The notes below the pieces were generated by a model that saw only the letters and a list, made by a program, of their open reading frames with translations, ran no database searches and was not told the origin of the DNA. DNA of 63,426 bases, the filler included, from Globobulimina sp. (taxonomy: Eukaryota): assembly GCA_003354225.1 (NCBI GenBank). It is 51 parts of 51 records of this genome, joined end to end, with 100 filler letters (N's around TTAATTAATTAA, not from the genome) between each part and the next. Parts side by side here need not be neighbours in the genome. Positions count along the whole stretch, not along the records: positions 24,926 to 26,071 come from PIVH01022400.1; positions 26,172 to 27,317 come from PIVH01022401.1; positions 27,418 to 28,563 come from PIVH01022402.1; positions 28,664 to 29,809 come from PIVH01022403.1; positions 29,910 to 31,055 come from PIVH01022404.1; positions 31,156 to 32,301 come from PIVH01022405.1; positions 32,402 to 33,547 come from PIVH01022406.1; positions 33,648 to 34,793 come from PIVH01022407.1; 43 more parts are not named here. One strand, written 5' to 3'. Below are positions 24,826 to 36,138 of this stretch, piece by piece; within the stretch, counting starts at the first letter, position 1, and each line of letters begins with the position of its first letter. Made by a program: the position numbers and the translations under genes.

Positions 24826-25155
24826 NNNNNNNNNNNNNNNNNNNNNNNNNNNNNNNNNNNNNNNNNNNNTTAATTAATTAANNNNNNNNNNNNNNNNNNN
24901 NNNNNNNNNNNNNNNNNNNNNNNNNTTATTAGTATGCCATACGCGTTTATTATAAGCGTTTGGCTGATCCCGTGGGCCTTGTTGATTTGGCGGAGTTGCC
25001 ATTGTGAAGTTGACGAGTGAAAAGTACTGAAAACTAATCGAATTCGTGATTTTACTTTCAATTCACTTAAATGCACAATGTCTAATAACTAACTAAAAAA
25101 ACAGAAAACGAAATACAAAAAGTTTCATCTTGAAAGGCTTAAGAGTATTAAAACA

Positions 25156-26071
25156 ATGTCTGTACGACAAGGATCGTACCAATGGGAAATTACTGACCCT
25201 CAATTAATTAAAAAAATAATTAACTCAGCAAACCAACAATCTTTTGAATCGGATGTGTTTAGAATTGGAGAAATTAATTGGAGAATTTGGATATGTCCAA
25301 ATGGAAGGACAAAGGCTGAAATTGGTTCATTTGATGTGTATCTCAAATTAATAACATTACCATTATCATGGAAAAGTATTATAATTAACAGAAGCATCCA
25401 ATCCCCACAAACAAAATCCAGTCATACAGCCATAGTGACATATAATGAGAGTGGTTATTCGAGTGGATGGCCAATAAATACATTGCGATTACAAGAGATG
25501 AAAGAAGCAAAGTTTAATAAATTATTATTTGTGGTTCAAATCAAAATATTAAGGATTATATTAAAAGAAAATGATAAAATATTCTATCATTATAAATTTA
25601 ATTGGATAAAACATCAAAAAATAATTTGGAATTTGGATAAAAAAATATTAAGAAATGCTGAAAAAATATATAATGGAAAACGGTTTGAAAGTAAAATATT
25701 TAATAATATGTGGTATATTGCATTGTATCCAAATGGAGTAACAACAGATTACAATGGAGAATGTATTGTTGATTTGAGATTATGTGCCTTTCCATTAAAT
25801 GTATCTGTTGTTGATATTCAATGGAATCTGTCCATTCCACAAATTAATTTTAAACAAACACAAACTGCTAAATATTCAATTGGAAAAGGTAGTGTTTGTG
25901 TATCAGTTGGATCATTTAATGATTTTTTAAAGGTGAAAGACATGGAAATAATGATTGATGCGTTAATATTAAAAGAATACGATTCAAATAACAAAGAAAT
26001 TGAAGTTAAATCAATGCAAAACGAAGAAGAAAAATATGATTTTATGGATAATTATAATATGAATGAAAAAT
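25156..26071 (+). CDS. Tandem MATH/TRAF domain protein, partial
   Basis: SYQWEI, FESDVF, WRIWICPNG, and a second copy WYIALYPNG. Confidence 0.85.
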
Positions 26072-26247
26072 NNNNNNNNNNNNNNNNNNNNNNNNNNNNN
26101 NNNNNNNNNNNNNNNTTAATTAATTAANNNNNNNNNNNNNNNNNNNNNNNNNNNNNNNNNNNNNNNNNNNNAATCAATCAAGTTTATAATAGATTTCTTG
26201 TTGTTATGTTATATTATCAGTAAAATATAAATATATTTACATTACAG

Positions 26248-26583
26248 GAACTAGGGATTATTGCTGGTAATTCGCGGTCAAATTGGCATTTGGGCAATGA
26301 TATGGAGAATACAATAAATATGTTTAAATCCGTAGGATATTCAAAAGTGTATTATTTTGATATTAATGTTGCTGTACCAATTCATACTGCGCAGGAATGG
26401 AGTGCTTATTATTTAAAATCGCCGAGATTCAATGCATTATTGGCTGGCTGCAAAGATAACTGCCAAAAAGCAAAAATTACAAAGATATTGGTTGATGGCT
26501 TAAAACAAAGATTTAATGAATTTGTTTTAAAGCATAATAAGGGAATTAGTCATAATAATATTTGTATAATTGCTGTTAAATAA
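26248..26583 (+). CDS. Last exon of an unidentified protein (methyltransferase-like C-terminus)
   Basis: AG acceptor at about 26247; open frame ends in NICIIAVK*. Confidence 0.4.
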   Translation, partial: ELGIIAGNSRSNWHLGNDMENTINMFKSVGYSKVYYFDINVAVPIHTAQEWSAYYLKSPRFNALLAGCKDNCQKAKITKILVDGLKQRFNEFVLKHNKGISHNNICIIAVK

Positions 26584-27225
26584 AACGTTCATTCTCCGCT
26601 TTGACTGCACAGTGTGCCTCCATTTCAACATCCAGCCATACATTACAGATCCTTTTATCCATACGGAAAAGCAATGCTTTTTTCTTTTTTGGGTGCCCAT
26701 AGTGTGTTGCCGTTACTCTCTTTGGCTTTGTTTCGAATAGCTGGCTCTCAAAGAATTCGAATCGCGTGCATGCGATACCAATGTTGAGTGCATGTTGTAA
26801 GAAAATAGGAGTAAAGGTAATATATTAACAATAGAATATATGAATAGAACAAAGCAACTATAAATATCATCATGATTATGGTATTAGTATATTATAAATA
26901 TAAGCGGCATACAACAACCCGCAATTGCTTGTGTGTTTGCTTGTGTGTTTGCTTGATTTGAGTGTTTCAATTGTTTTCACAGCCGTTCATTTTTAAACAA
27001 CCGGTTCATAAACACGGTCATAATTATACATCGTCATAATTCTACACCGTCATGGCATCGTTCTACAGCACCAATGGCCATGTTGATCGTTGATATTTGA
27101 GATAACTCAACCTTAAGTGTAGTTTTTTGCAAAAATGTATAATATGATGGATCCAATGTCTCAGTTTGCTCTATAGCGGGTGCATATAAGTGCTGCGATT
27201 TGCAATATTTTGCAATATCACCAAC

Positions 27226-27312
27226 AAAGTGGACGTCAGGACGTAAAATACTACGTCCTGACGTTAGTATAAGACGTCAGGACGTCTTGTAAGACGTCCT
27301 GACGTCCACTTT
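27226..27312. repeat. Four alternating-orientation copies of ACGTCAGGACGT forming a nested palindrome
   Basis: Copies at 27233(+), 27253(-), 27274(+), 27294(-); outer arms AAAGTGG/CCACTTT. Confidence 0.85.
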
Positions 27313-28702
27313 TTTGTNNNNNNNNNNNNNNNNNNNNNNNNNNNNNNNNNNNNNNNNNNNNTTAATTAATTAANNNNNNNNNNNNNNNNNNNNNNNNNNN
27401 NNNNNNNNNNNNNNNNNAATATATTCACATGTAATGCATGCAATGGAATATGCAGGCAATTCGACGCTGGTTTGAAACTTATCACTTTCATCAATTTTTA
27501 TTGAACTGTCCTGAATTCCATTTAATATTCTCATCGATGTCATTCAAATTGATTCTATTTTTATCCCCGACATAGTTAATCATCGTTTTCATTTTTCGTA
27601 ACCTGTACCATCACTTTTTGTCGCTCTTATTATTAATACTAAATTTGATCTCAACTTTTTGCGAAAAATATTTCATTATTTGGTGCATGTAATAATCCAC
27701 AGAATTTAGAAATGCGCAGTCATGTTCATCGTTTGCCAATCAGGCTCATTTTTTGCGGTAACAGAATTGTGGAGTTTTATTACTTGTGAAACAGCAGTGT
27801 GGAGCAAAAAAAATAAATCCACAAAGCTTTTTTCATGTCAACATTAAATGCCAGAAGAAGGCGTAGTCACAGCAGCAGAAGGCAGAGAATGATGAAAAGC
27901 AACAGCTACAAGCACAACCACTCCAACGCCAACAGAAAGAGCAAAGCAAGAGTGTTCCATAAAACATAGCAAAAGCGCCACACTTCTGTTCCGCAAAAAA
28001 TGTGTCGCCAAATCAAAATAATATCTCTGCATAAAGCAAGAATCTGTTTCGCATCAGAAATACTCCTCAATCTCCAGTGTGTTTCATATGATTTGGGTAT
28101 CATATGATTTGTAGGGAGACTTTGTGACAAAGATCAGTACAAACGTAATCGAAAGGATTGTAATTTTTGTACGAATTACAAGTTACAAAGTCAAAAAACT
28201 TGCATTCAAATGTCTTGTGATGTGTCGCCGTAATAAAGTGAGGAGATTTGTTTCATACGAAAATTCAATATAAATGCACTCAAGCAGAAATGAAACTTAT
28301 TAGATTAAATAGAACTGATAGGTGAACTGAAACTAGTAATAGACGAACTAGTGGTAGGTGATTTCACTGATTTGGAATCAAGTGTGGAACCTGCGACTCC
28401 GGACTGGTAATGCTGCTTGTGCTCCGACTGACACTTTCACTGGGAGCGGGAACAGTGTTCGTTTCCCAATAACTAATTGATCGTGAAGCTGCAGTAACTG
28501 AATGGAATGACTCTTCCTCTTCAGTAATTGGATATAGCTTGCCCAGTTTCATAGATTTTGACGNNNNNNNNNNNNNNNNNNNNNNNNNNNNNNNNNNNNN
28601 NNNNNNNTTAATTAATTAANNNNNNNNNNNNNNNNNNNNNNNNNNNNNNNNNNNNNNNNNNNNGTCATTAAAATTAATATTGACAATGGCCACGGCAACA
28701 AA

Positions 28703-29431
28703 ATGAAAATGAAACAGAATGAGCGGGAAAGCGATGATCACAAAATAGAAATGGACGATGATAAAAATGTTAACATTATAAAAGTGAGTACATTGTCGAA
28801 TGACAGTGTGAGTGAGCCGGATATTGACAAAATCAATGAAATGATGCCGTTGACGCAGCACCGAACGACGACGATAAGTTATCGACAGAGTGTTATTTTA
28901 GAAACAGCGCAGAGTGCATCGAAAGGTATCAATGCAAATATGAATGGGCGGAATGTGATAATTCGACGGAGTGAGTCTGTGAAACAGGTCAAAAAAGAGA
29001 GTAAATTGAAGTTAAAAGCAAGTAATTCTGCGGGTGCTGGCGGTCGAGGTTCAAATTCAAATTTGAGCTCAAATTCAAGTTCTTCGTTGCTGGCGTTGTC
29101 AATGTCGAAGAATGATAAAAAAGGACGTTATAAATCCATTAAAAAAAGGAAAAAGATAAGAAAGAAAAAAAGAAAATTGGTAACAAAAAGTGTAGCAAGT
29201 AATGAAGACAAGAAAATGAATAAAAAACATCGAGAAATCAGTCGGGAAGAAGGCGAACAGAGTGATTCTGCGGGAAAAGTGATGGAAAGTGATGAGGCCG
29301 AATCTGATGTTTTGCCAGTTTCAAATAAAAAAAATAAAAAAACTTTTGTGCGAATTCGTGGACGTAATAAAAATTATAAAAGTTATAAAAATTGTAGACA
29401 TTCTCCAACGTATTCGGAAGATTCTTTCTAG
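28703..29431 (+). CDS. Low-complexity K/S-rich eukaryotic-type protein
   Basis: 242-codon ORF with basic clusters. Confidence 0.5.
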   Translation: MKMKQNERESDDHKIEMDDDKNVNIIKVSTLSNDSVSEPDIDKINEMMPLTQHRTTTISYRQSVILETAQSASKGINANMNGRNVIIRRSESVKQVKKESKLKLKASNSAGAGGRGSNSNLSSNSSSSLLALSMSKNDKKGRYKSIKKRKKIRKKKRKLVTKSVASNEDKKMNKKHREISREEGEQSDSAGKVMESDEAESDVLPVSNKKNKKTFVRIRGRNKNYKSYKNCRHSPTYSEDSF

Positions 29432-29434
29432 ATA

Positions 29435-29809
29435 AAGGAGAGGTTGACGGTTGCTTGCTGGGAACTTGCGGGGTATTTTCTGGGAGCTTGCTGGGTATTT
29501 GGGTGTTTTCTGGGAACTTGTTGGGTGCTTGCGGGGTACTTGTTGAGTGCTTGTTCGGTGTTTGCTGCGCACTTTTGGGTTGCTTGCTGGGTACTTTTGG
29601 GGTGTTTGGGAGCTTGCTGGGTACTTGCGGGGTGCTTGCGGGGTAAGTAAGTGACTGTCGTTGAAATATTATTGTAAAAAAGCTGTCGATATCGAATTGA
29701 ACGTCAATATTTCTCTCTTCAACCGCATCGATAATACGCTTGATTCCCGATCCCACTTTTTCAATTAAACCGAGCCTGTGAAACACATCAAAGATAATGG
29801 GGTTTCTTG
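29435..29809 (-). CDS. Bacterial-type HATPase_c_4 (RecG C-terminal-like / AlbA-associated) domain with TPQV repeats; truncated
   Basis: RNPIIFDVFHRLGLIEKVGSGIKRI followed by STPQVPSK-type repeats; the expected C-terminal HTH is not visible. Confidence 0.75.
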
Positions 29810-29967
29810 NNNNNNNNNNNNNNNNNNNNNNNNNNNNNNNNNNNNNNNNNNNNTTAATTAATTAANNNNNNNNNNNNNNNNNNNNNNNNNNNNNNNNNNN
29901 NNNNNNNNNCATGCAGGATTTAAAGCTGTGTCAACGTCAACTACTTTCGATAATTGCCACGCATTGA

Positions 29968-31055
29968 TTAGAATTGTGCAACATCAACCAATGTCAATGA
30001 ATAATCCAAAGCGGGAGGATTTAAATAATATGCGGTGACATCCTTAGTCTGTGATTTTGTTTGATCCGCTTTACTATTTTCCATAATTAATTTATATCGA
30101 AAGTTATCGTCGTATTCAACATTCCATAAATAATTCATCATTGAATTTAAACATGTTGTCTTTCCGGTGCCTGTCGCACCAATTACTAAAATACAACGAT
30201 TGTTCTTTGATGAATCTAATGATCGTTTATTTAAACTATAACTTACTTTAATATCTCCTTTTAAATGAGCGGTGCGCTGTTTTCTTTCTTGTTTCTTAAT
30301 GTCTTCAGCATTTAACTCTTTCTTATCGTCATCGTCATTATCTAAATAACCTGGATTTGCATTTGTGTTATTATTAGCATATGGATTACCATATGGATTA
30401 CCAGATGGATGATAATTATTATTTGGTTGATTATGCGAATTTGCGTATACTTGGCCATGGGGATTGATATTATAATTATTTGGTTGATTATGCGAATTTG
30501 CGTATGCTTGGCCATGATGATTGATATTATAATTTTGATTAAAAGCAATTTTATTATTATTTAACTGTCCCGGCTGTTGTGTGATATTATTGTGTTGTTG
30601 TGAGTTGTTGTAAGTTTTTAACATATTTACAGCTGCAATAAATTTTCTTTTTGCTATTATTTTTAGCCCCAAATCATTTGCAAATTCATGTACGTCTTCA
30701 GGTTGTAATAATTTCAAATCCTCTAAACTTTCAACATCATTTTGCTTTAATGCATTTATAATATTTTGACTTAAATTATTTTGAATAACCCATGCTTTTA
30801 AATCTTGAGCTGACACAGGTTGCAATTGCGGTTTTTGTCGATTATTTAATACAGGTTTTGATATTTGTGTTGCAGCGACAGTTGGCGCAGATTGTGGCGT
30901 ACTGTACGTAATGTATTTGTTGAATGTTATGTTATCAATATTACAGAACATGAAAAACAGAACTTTGTATTTGTTTGTTCGATGATCCAATTGATTGCTT
31001 CTTCTGCATTTTTTGGAAATTTTTGTGCTGCTTTAATTGATAAATTATCTTCAAA
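29968..31055 (-). CDS. SAM domain plus septin/AIG1-like P-loop GTPase, truncated at the G3 motif
   Basis: SAM-like LKAWVIQNNLS...LGLKIIAKRKFIAAV; Walker A GATGTGKT; ends LTLVDVAQF* where DTPG is expected. Confidence 0.7.
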
Positions 31056-31482
31056 NNNNNNNNNNNNNNNNNNNNNNNNNNNNNNNNNNNNNNNNNNNNT
31101 TAATTAATTAANNNNNNNNNNNNNNNNNNNNNNNNNNNNNNNNNNNNNNNNNNNNGTCTACCGTCAACTAATCAAAACTCTTTATTTCAATTAATTAAAC
31201 AGTACGTTGTACCAAAACGTGTCTATATTCATTATAAAAATACTAATTTAATCCGTGACGCTGTTTTTATATTTATTACCCTTCAACATAAAAAAAATAT
31301 TCATTTAATAAAATAAATATACCAATTACCAATTTTATATATAATATATTATATAATATACATAAACAAAAAAAAAGCACAGAACGTTAGTTGATATCAT
31401 ATCATCATAAAAAGCAAACACACACACATGCAACTAACATATCAATTTAATATAATATTAACTTTAAGCTAGATTATTTTTT

Positions 31483-32301
31483 TTATTTCGTGTATTCCCA
31501 GACATATAATTTTGGAGCATTGTATTTTTTATTTGTTTTTGTTTGAAACGCAACAATACATTTATCGCTTTTATCTGTAAATTGTATTTGTGAACAAAAT
31601 GCTTTATTCTTTGCTTTCGTACCAATAACATGAATACCTTTTTTTTCTGTGAAATAATTTTCCAAACTATAAACTTTCAAACCAATCTTATTTTTCTCAT
31701 CATCACAAATACAAAACCTATCTTCATTGTATTTATCAAATATTAATTTTTTACCATGATTTGCTGCAATTTTCGCATTTTCTTTCAATTCAATTGCAAT
31801 CTTCATAACATTTTGCAATTGTTTGTCATTCTTTGTCTTTTTCGAACACAATTTCTTTAAAATCGCAAACTGTTTTTGATTAATATTAATCGCAAAGCAT
31901 TGCACTTTTCGTTTCCCGCAAACACTTAAAAACTGTTCATTTCCTGAAATACCCATATCAGCAATAACTTGTTTCGTCGCCCTTTTTAAGTCACATGTAA
32001 TCGCAAAATATTTGCTCACTCCGTCGTCATTGCCTTTTTTACGTCGATATTTCTTTTTGCTTTTCACTTTTTTAACACTTTTGGACCTGTTTCCTTTGCG
32101 CAATAAACACAAAAAAAATGCGCCAATTAAACCAGTTTCACCTCCAAATATTAATAAATTGCTGGACACTGACATTGATGTAATAATATCATTAAAACCA
32201 ATCCCTTGAATTTCCCCAATTTTCGTTGCTTCCGCTTTGCTTAAATCAATGACCGATATTTTCGAACTGAGTTCAGAATAAAATATAAATTGATTATCAG
32301 C
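31483..32301 (-). CDS. Hypothetical protein, C-terminal part (beta-propeller-like)
   Basis: Long open frame ending in KLYVWEY. Confidence 0.45.
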   Translation of the reverse strand, partial: ADNQFIFYSELSSKISVIDLSKAEATKIGEIQGIGFNDIITSMSVSSNLLIFGGETGLIGAFFLCLLRKGNRSKSVKKVKSKKKYRRKKGNDDGVSKYFAITCDLKRATKQVIADMGISGNEQFLSVCGKRKVQCFAININQKQFAILKKLCSKKTKNDKQLQNVMKIAIELKENAKIAANHGKKLIFDKYNEDRFCICDDEKNKIGLKVYSLENYFTEKKGIHVIGTKAKNKAFCSQIQFTDKSDKCIVAFQTKTNKKYNAPKLYVWEYTK

Positions 32302-32452
32302 NNNNNNNNNNNNNNNNNNNNNNNNNNNNNNNNNNNNNNNNNNNNTTAATTAATTAANNNNNNNNNNNNNNNNNNNNNNNNNNNNNNNNNNNNNNNNNNN
32401 NATTATAGAAAAACGTTATTTTTAATTAGGTTGGATTATATAACAAAATATT

Positions 32453-33547
32453 TTACAACAAAACAGTTTGACATTGTATTGATTCTTGAGAGATAGCAAA
32501 ACAATAACAACAACAATACGATGTAACATCCATAACAACATCACCTTTTAAATGATAATATTTTCTTATTGTTAATCTATGATACATTCCCAAAGATACC
32601 CAAAATATATACACAACCCATCCCAAATATGCATATCCATTCCTCCATATTTCCAAAATATGTAAACAAATAAATAATATCGGTGTTACAAACATTGTAA
32701 CCCTCCAAACCATATTAGTACATAAAGAGCCACTTCCCCCATACATTCCAACCTTTCTTCCATTCCTATATTGCAACCAACACGGCGTCAAAACAGCCAT
32801 CAAACAAACACAAAAACCAGAAAATAATCCATCAAAAAACCCAACTCTCCATTCTTTGCTTTCATCATCATTCTCTCGCTGTTTTTCATCATCATTACTT
32901 TTATCCAAAATATCTGTTTTTATAACAGTTGCCATTGGCTGTCCAGCAAAAGAATCATCATTGGATCCATTCCCTTTATGTGCATGTGGAGCTAAAGCAA
33001 TTAAACGATTTCTTGCCGATAATTGGCTGTCCATATTGAAGGCTTTGAGCAATCCATAAACCATTATAATTAATAAGAATGTGAATGGAAATGCCGATGC
33101 AATGCTTACAGTTTGCAAAGCTTCCAATGCAACATCGCCACCAACAGCTAACAACGCCGTTGCAACTGCACCTTCTGTAAAAGCCCAGAATATGCGTTGT
33201 ATTTTTGGTGAATTTGGGATTCCATTGCTCGAAATTAAATCAATAACATACGATGCGGAATCTATAATTTTGTTGTTTTCTTATCTTAATATAAATATAC
33301 ATGGTGTATATACCTGACGATGTAATAAAATAACCAATAATTGCAATGATTGTAATAATAGATATAAAATCTGATAATGGATAATATTCAATTAATATAA
33401 ATAATTGATCCTCAACAGCAGCACATGATAATCTTGTATATACCCCATCGGTTATAGTACCATTATATGCTGGATTGTGATAACAATTGTTGCCGATATT
33501 ATTTTCGAGGGCATTATATTCTAATTTTGTACCTAAGCCACCCATTA
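32453..33547 (-). CDS. BCCT (betaine/choline/carnitine) transporter C-terminal half fused to a PLAC8-like Cys-rich domain; intron 33262-33313
   Basis: YFITSS|DSASYVID, RIFWAFTEGAVATALLAVGG..ALQTVSIASAFPF, then WRVGFFD..CL..LTPC and IRKYYHLKGD...CCCYCFAISQE. Confidence 0.85.
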
Positions 33548-33647
33548 NNNNNNNNNNNNNNNNNNNNNNNNNNNNNNNNNNNNNNNNNNNNTTAATTAAT
33601 TAANNNNNNNNNNNNNNNNNNNNNNNNNNNNNNNNNNNNNNNNNNNN

Positions 33648-34327
33648 TTATTGCGATTCATTACATCATTGACCATTTTTAAGATCATTTTTTTGCGTTT
33701 ATGTATATTTAATGTAGAATCAGTAATATATTCATCATATTTTAGCTTTCCTTGTTGCACACTATTTATATAACCATTGAATATGGATAATTGCTGTGTT
33801 AATAATTGCTTCTTTTTTTGCATCATATTAGTAATATCTTTTAATAAATACTCCCTTTTATTTTGTAGATTTGTAGATAAAGTTTCAAAAACGTTTTCAA
33901 TTTGTTTAATGACATCTGACTCGGAATCGTTTAATAAAAGAATTGCAGATTGCAATGATGTGGATAAGGTTGATGATTTATTATATCTTTCGTATAATTG
34001 CGTGATTGCGTTATGTTCCTCTGCTGATATAATAACATGTGATTTACGGCTTGATATAGATGTAATTGATGCAGTTGCAATTGGCGGTATTTTTTGTTTT
34101 TGTTTATGTTTATGTTTAGATATTGCTTTGATAAATCTATTTTTTTCTAATGCATCGAGTGCTAAATCTTTTGCAAATGATTCTAAATCGTCTGGTGTGA
34201 ATTCAAGCAGTTCTTCAATTGAGATTTGTTTGCTTTTGAATACGTCAGCTTTCTCTGTGATTTTAGCATTTTTTAAGAACCCGACAACATCAATTTGTTG
34301 TGCACCTTCATCAGTTAAAGCCGACAT
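33648..34327 (-). CDS. SAM-like domain plus coiled-coil protein, N-terminal part
   Basis: ISIEELLEFTPDDLESFAKDLALDALEKNRFIKAI resembles the SAM-like segment in 29968-31055. Confidence 0.6.
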
Positions 34328-34390
34328 TATTAAAAATGATGAGAATGTTATACTAAGTAGAAAATAGTTTACTCTTTAGATTGATTTTCA

Positions 34391-34793
34391 ATGTCTATAT
34401 TAGCCAAAATACAAAGAATGCATAATGAACGCGAAGAAAATACCAAACAAAGCGAAGAAATAAAAACGAAAATTCAAATTGCAACCAAATATTATGAGGA
34501 TAAACAAAGAGAACTCCGTAATTTAAAAATGAATTTAGAGATATTACGAAATTCTTATGCCCAAATTGTATCACATTCATCATCTTCAAATAATTATAAA
34601 CAACAAATATTAATAAATCAAGAAAAAGATATTAAACAATTTATGAAACATTCTCTGCAAATTAGCAATAATTATCGTCAAACTTCGGGAGAAATATTAA
34701 ATTTAATTGAAAAACAATTGGATGATATCCAACTAAATGATTCATTCTATAATGTTGAAAATTTAATCATTGAAATGGATCAAAAATGGGAAA
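34391..34793 (+). CDS. Coiled-coil protein, N-terminal part
   Basis: ATG-initiated ORF divergent from 34327. Confidence 0.5.
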
Positions 34794-35078
34794 NNNNNNN
34801 NNNNNNNNNNNNNNNNNNNNNNNNNNNNNNNNNNNNNTTAATTAATTAANNNNNNNNNNNNNNNNNNNNNNNNNNNNNNNNNNNNNNNNNNNNGTAGACA
34901 AAAAAGCAAAATGTGACGAGACTAAAGATAACATAGAGTTATCTGACTCAGGCAGCGATAATGACGATTAATATTTGTATAACTGAATAACTATAAATTG
35001 TGTGTTTTGTGCAAGGAAAAAATGTATTTGAACAATATCAGTGTCAGAACAAAACAATGATTCAGATTCATTTAATAA

Positions 35079-35687
35079 TTAATATCTTGGTATTCCATTC
35101 CTACCCATAGTGTCCGCATAATTTTTTGGTTTTCTTTTCGGCATTTTTGGTTCATGCACTTCATATTCATATCCTATGTATGATACAATCAAAATATCGC
35201 AAAATCGCAAATGTATTATGTCTTATGTTATATGGATGTATATACCATTGGAGATGCACCATTGTATGGCATGTTCCTTTGTTTCGAATCGTTCTAAACC
35301 TTGATTTATAGAGTGCATAGGATCTCTAGTGGAGGTCCAACCCATTAAAGGATTGCCCCATCTTTTACCTGGATTCACAAGTTCAATTTTCCACATTCCT
35401 ACTTTTGCAGTGCCTTGCGTCCCGGCGGAGCGCGCTGGCATAAATACTCTCATTTTACGCCCATACTCATCAGCTGGCTTCTCTGATATAAAATGACTAT
35501 AATCCTCTTGTTTCGCCTCCTCAAATACGTCTTCTGCTTCTACGGCAATATCATTATTATTGTCAACCTCTATCGATTCTGATGATGTCTCTGTTGATAA
35601 ATAGAGTCGTGGGTATTGCGTGGCTGCGATTAATGTGCGTGCAATACGATGTGGCACGCTCCAAAGTCGTTGTAACGGCAGCGACAT
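35079..35687 (-). CDS. NDUFS4: NADH:ubiquinone oxidoreductase subunit NDUFS4; one intron near 35174-35245
   Basis: Transit peptide, PARSAGTQG, RWGNPLMGWTSTRDP, FETKEHAI; spliced tail GYEYEVHEP...KNYAD. Confidence 0.92.
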
Positions 35688-35750
35688 GGTAGGTTTCAAA
35701 CAGTTTTTTACTTGTATTTAAGACTTTGATTAATGATAAACGCGTGAAGT

Positions 35751-36038
35751 ATGTCCAAACCTGCGTTGAAGGTAAAAGTTCGAGTACAACGCTTTGTAAC
35801 CACAACAGCTGATTTAATAAAAATAAATGGAAGCGTGTGGTGGCCAACAATAGCAACATCAATGAACCCAACAAAAGTAGAAACAATATCATCAATGAAA
35901 CCTTGCTTATTATTCGTACATCAATGGTCTAAAATGGGCGGCGCGGGGCAATTAATGGAAGGAATGGCGTATATCATGAGCTTAAAAAAGCAATATACCT
36001 CAATCACATCTGATATGCGTGCTGTTGGTAAATCGAGC
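35751..36038 (+). CDS. Alpha/beta hydrolase, N-terminal part
   Basis: LLFVHQWSKMGG...MEGMA...ITSDMRAVGKS. Confidence 0.65.
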
Positions 36039-36138
36039 NNNNNNNNNNNNNNNNNNNNNNNNNNNNNNNNNNNNNNNNNNNNTTAATTAATTAANNNNNN
36101 NNNNNNNNNNNNNNNNNNNNNNNNNNNNNNNNNNNNNN

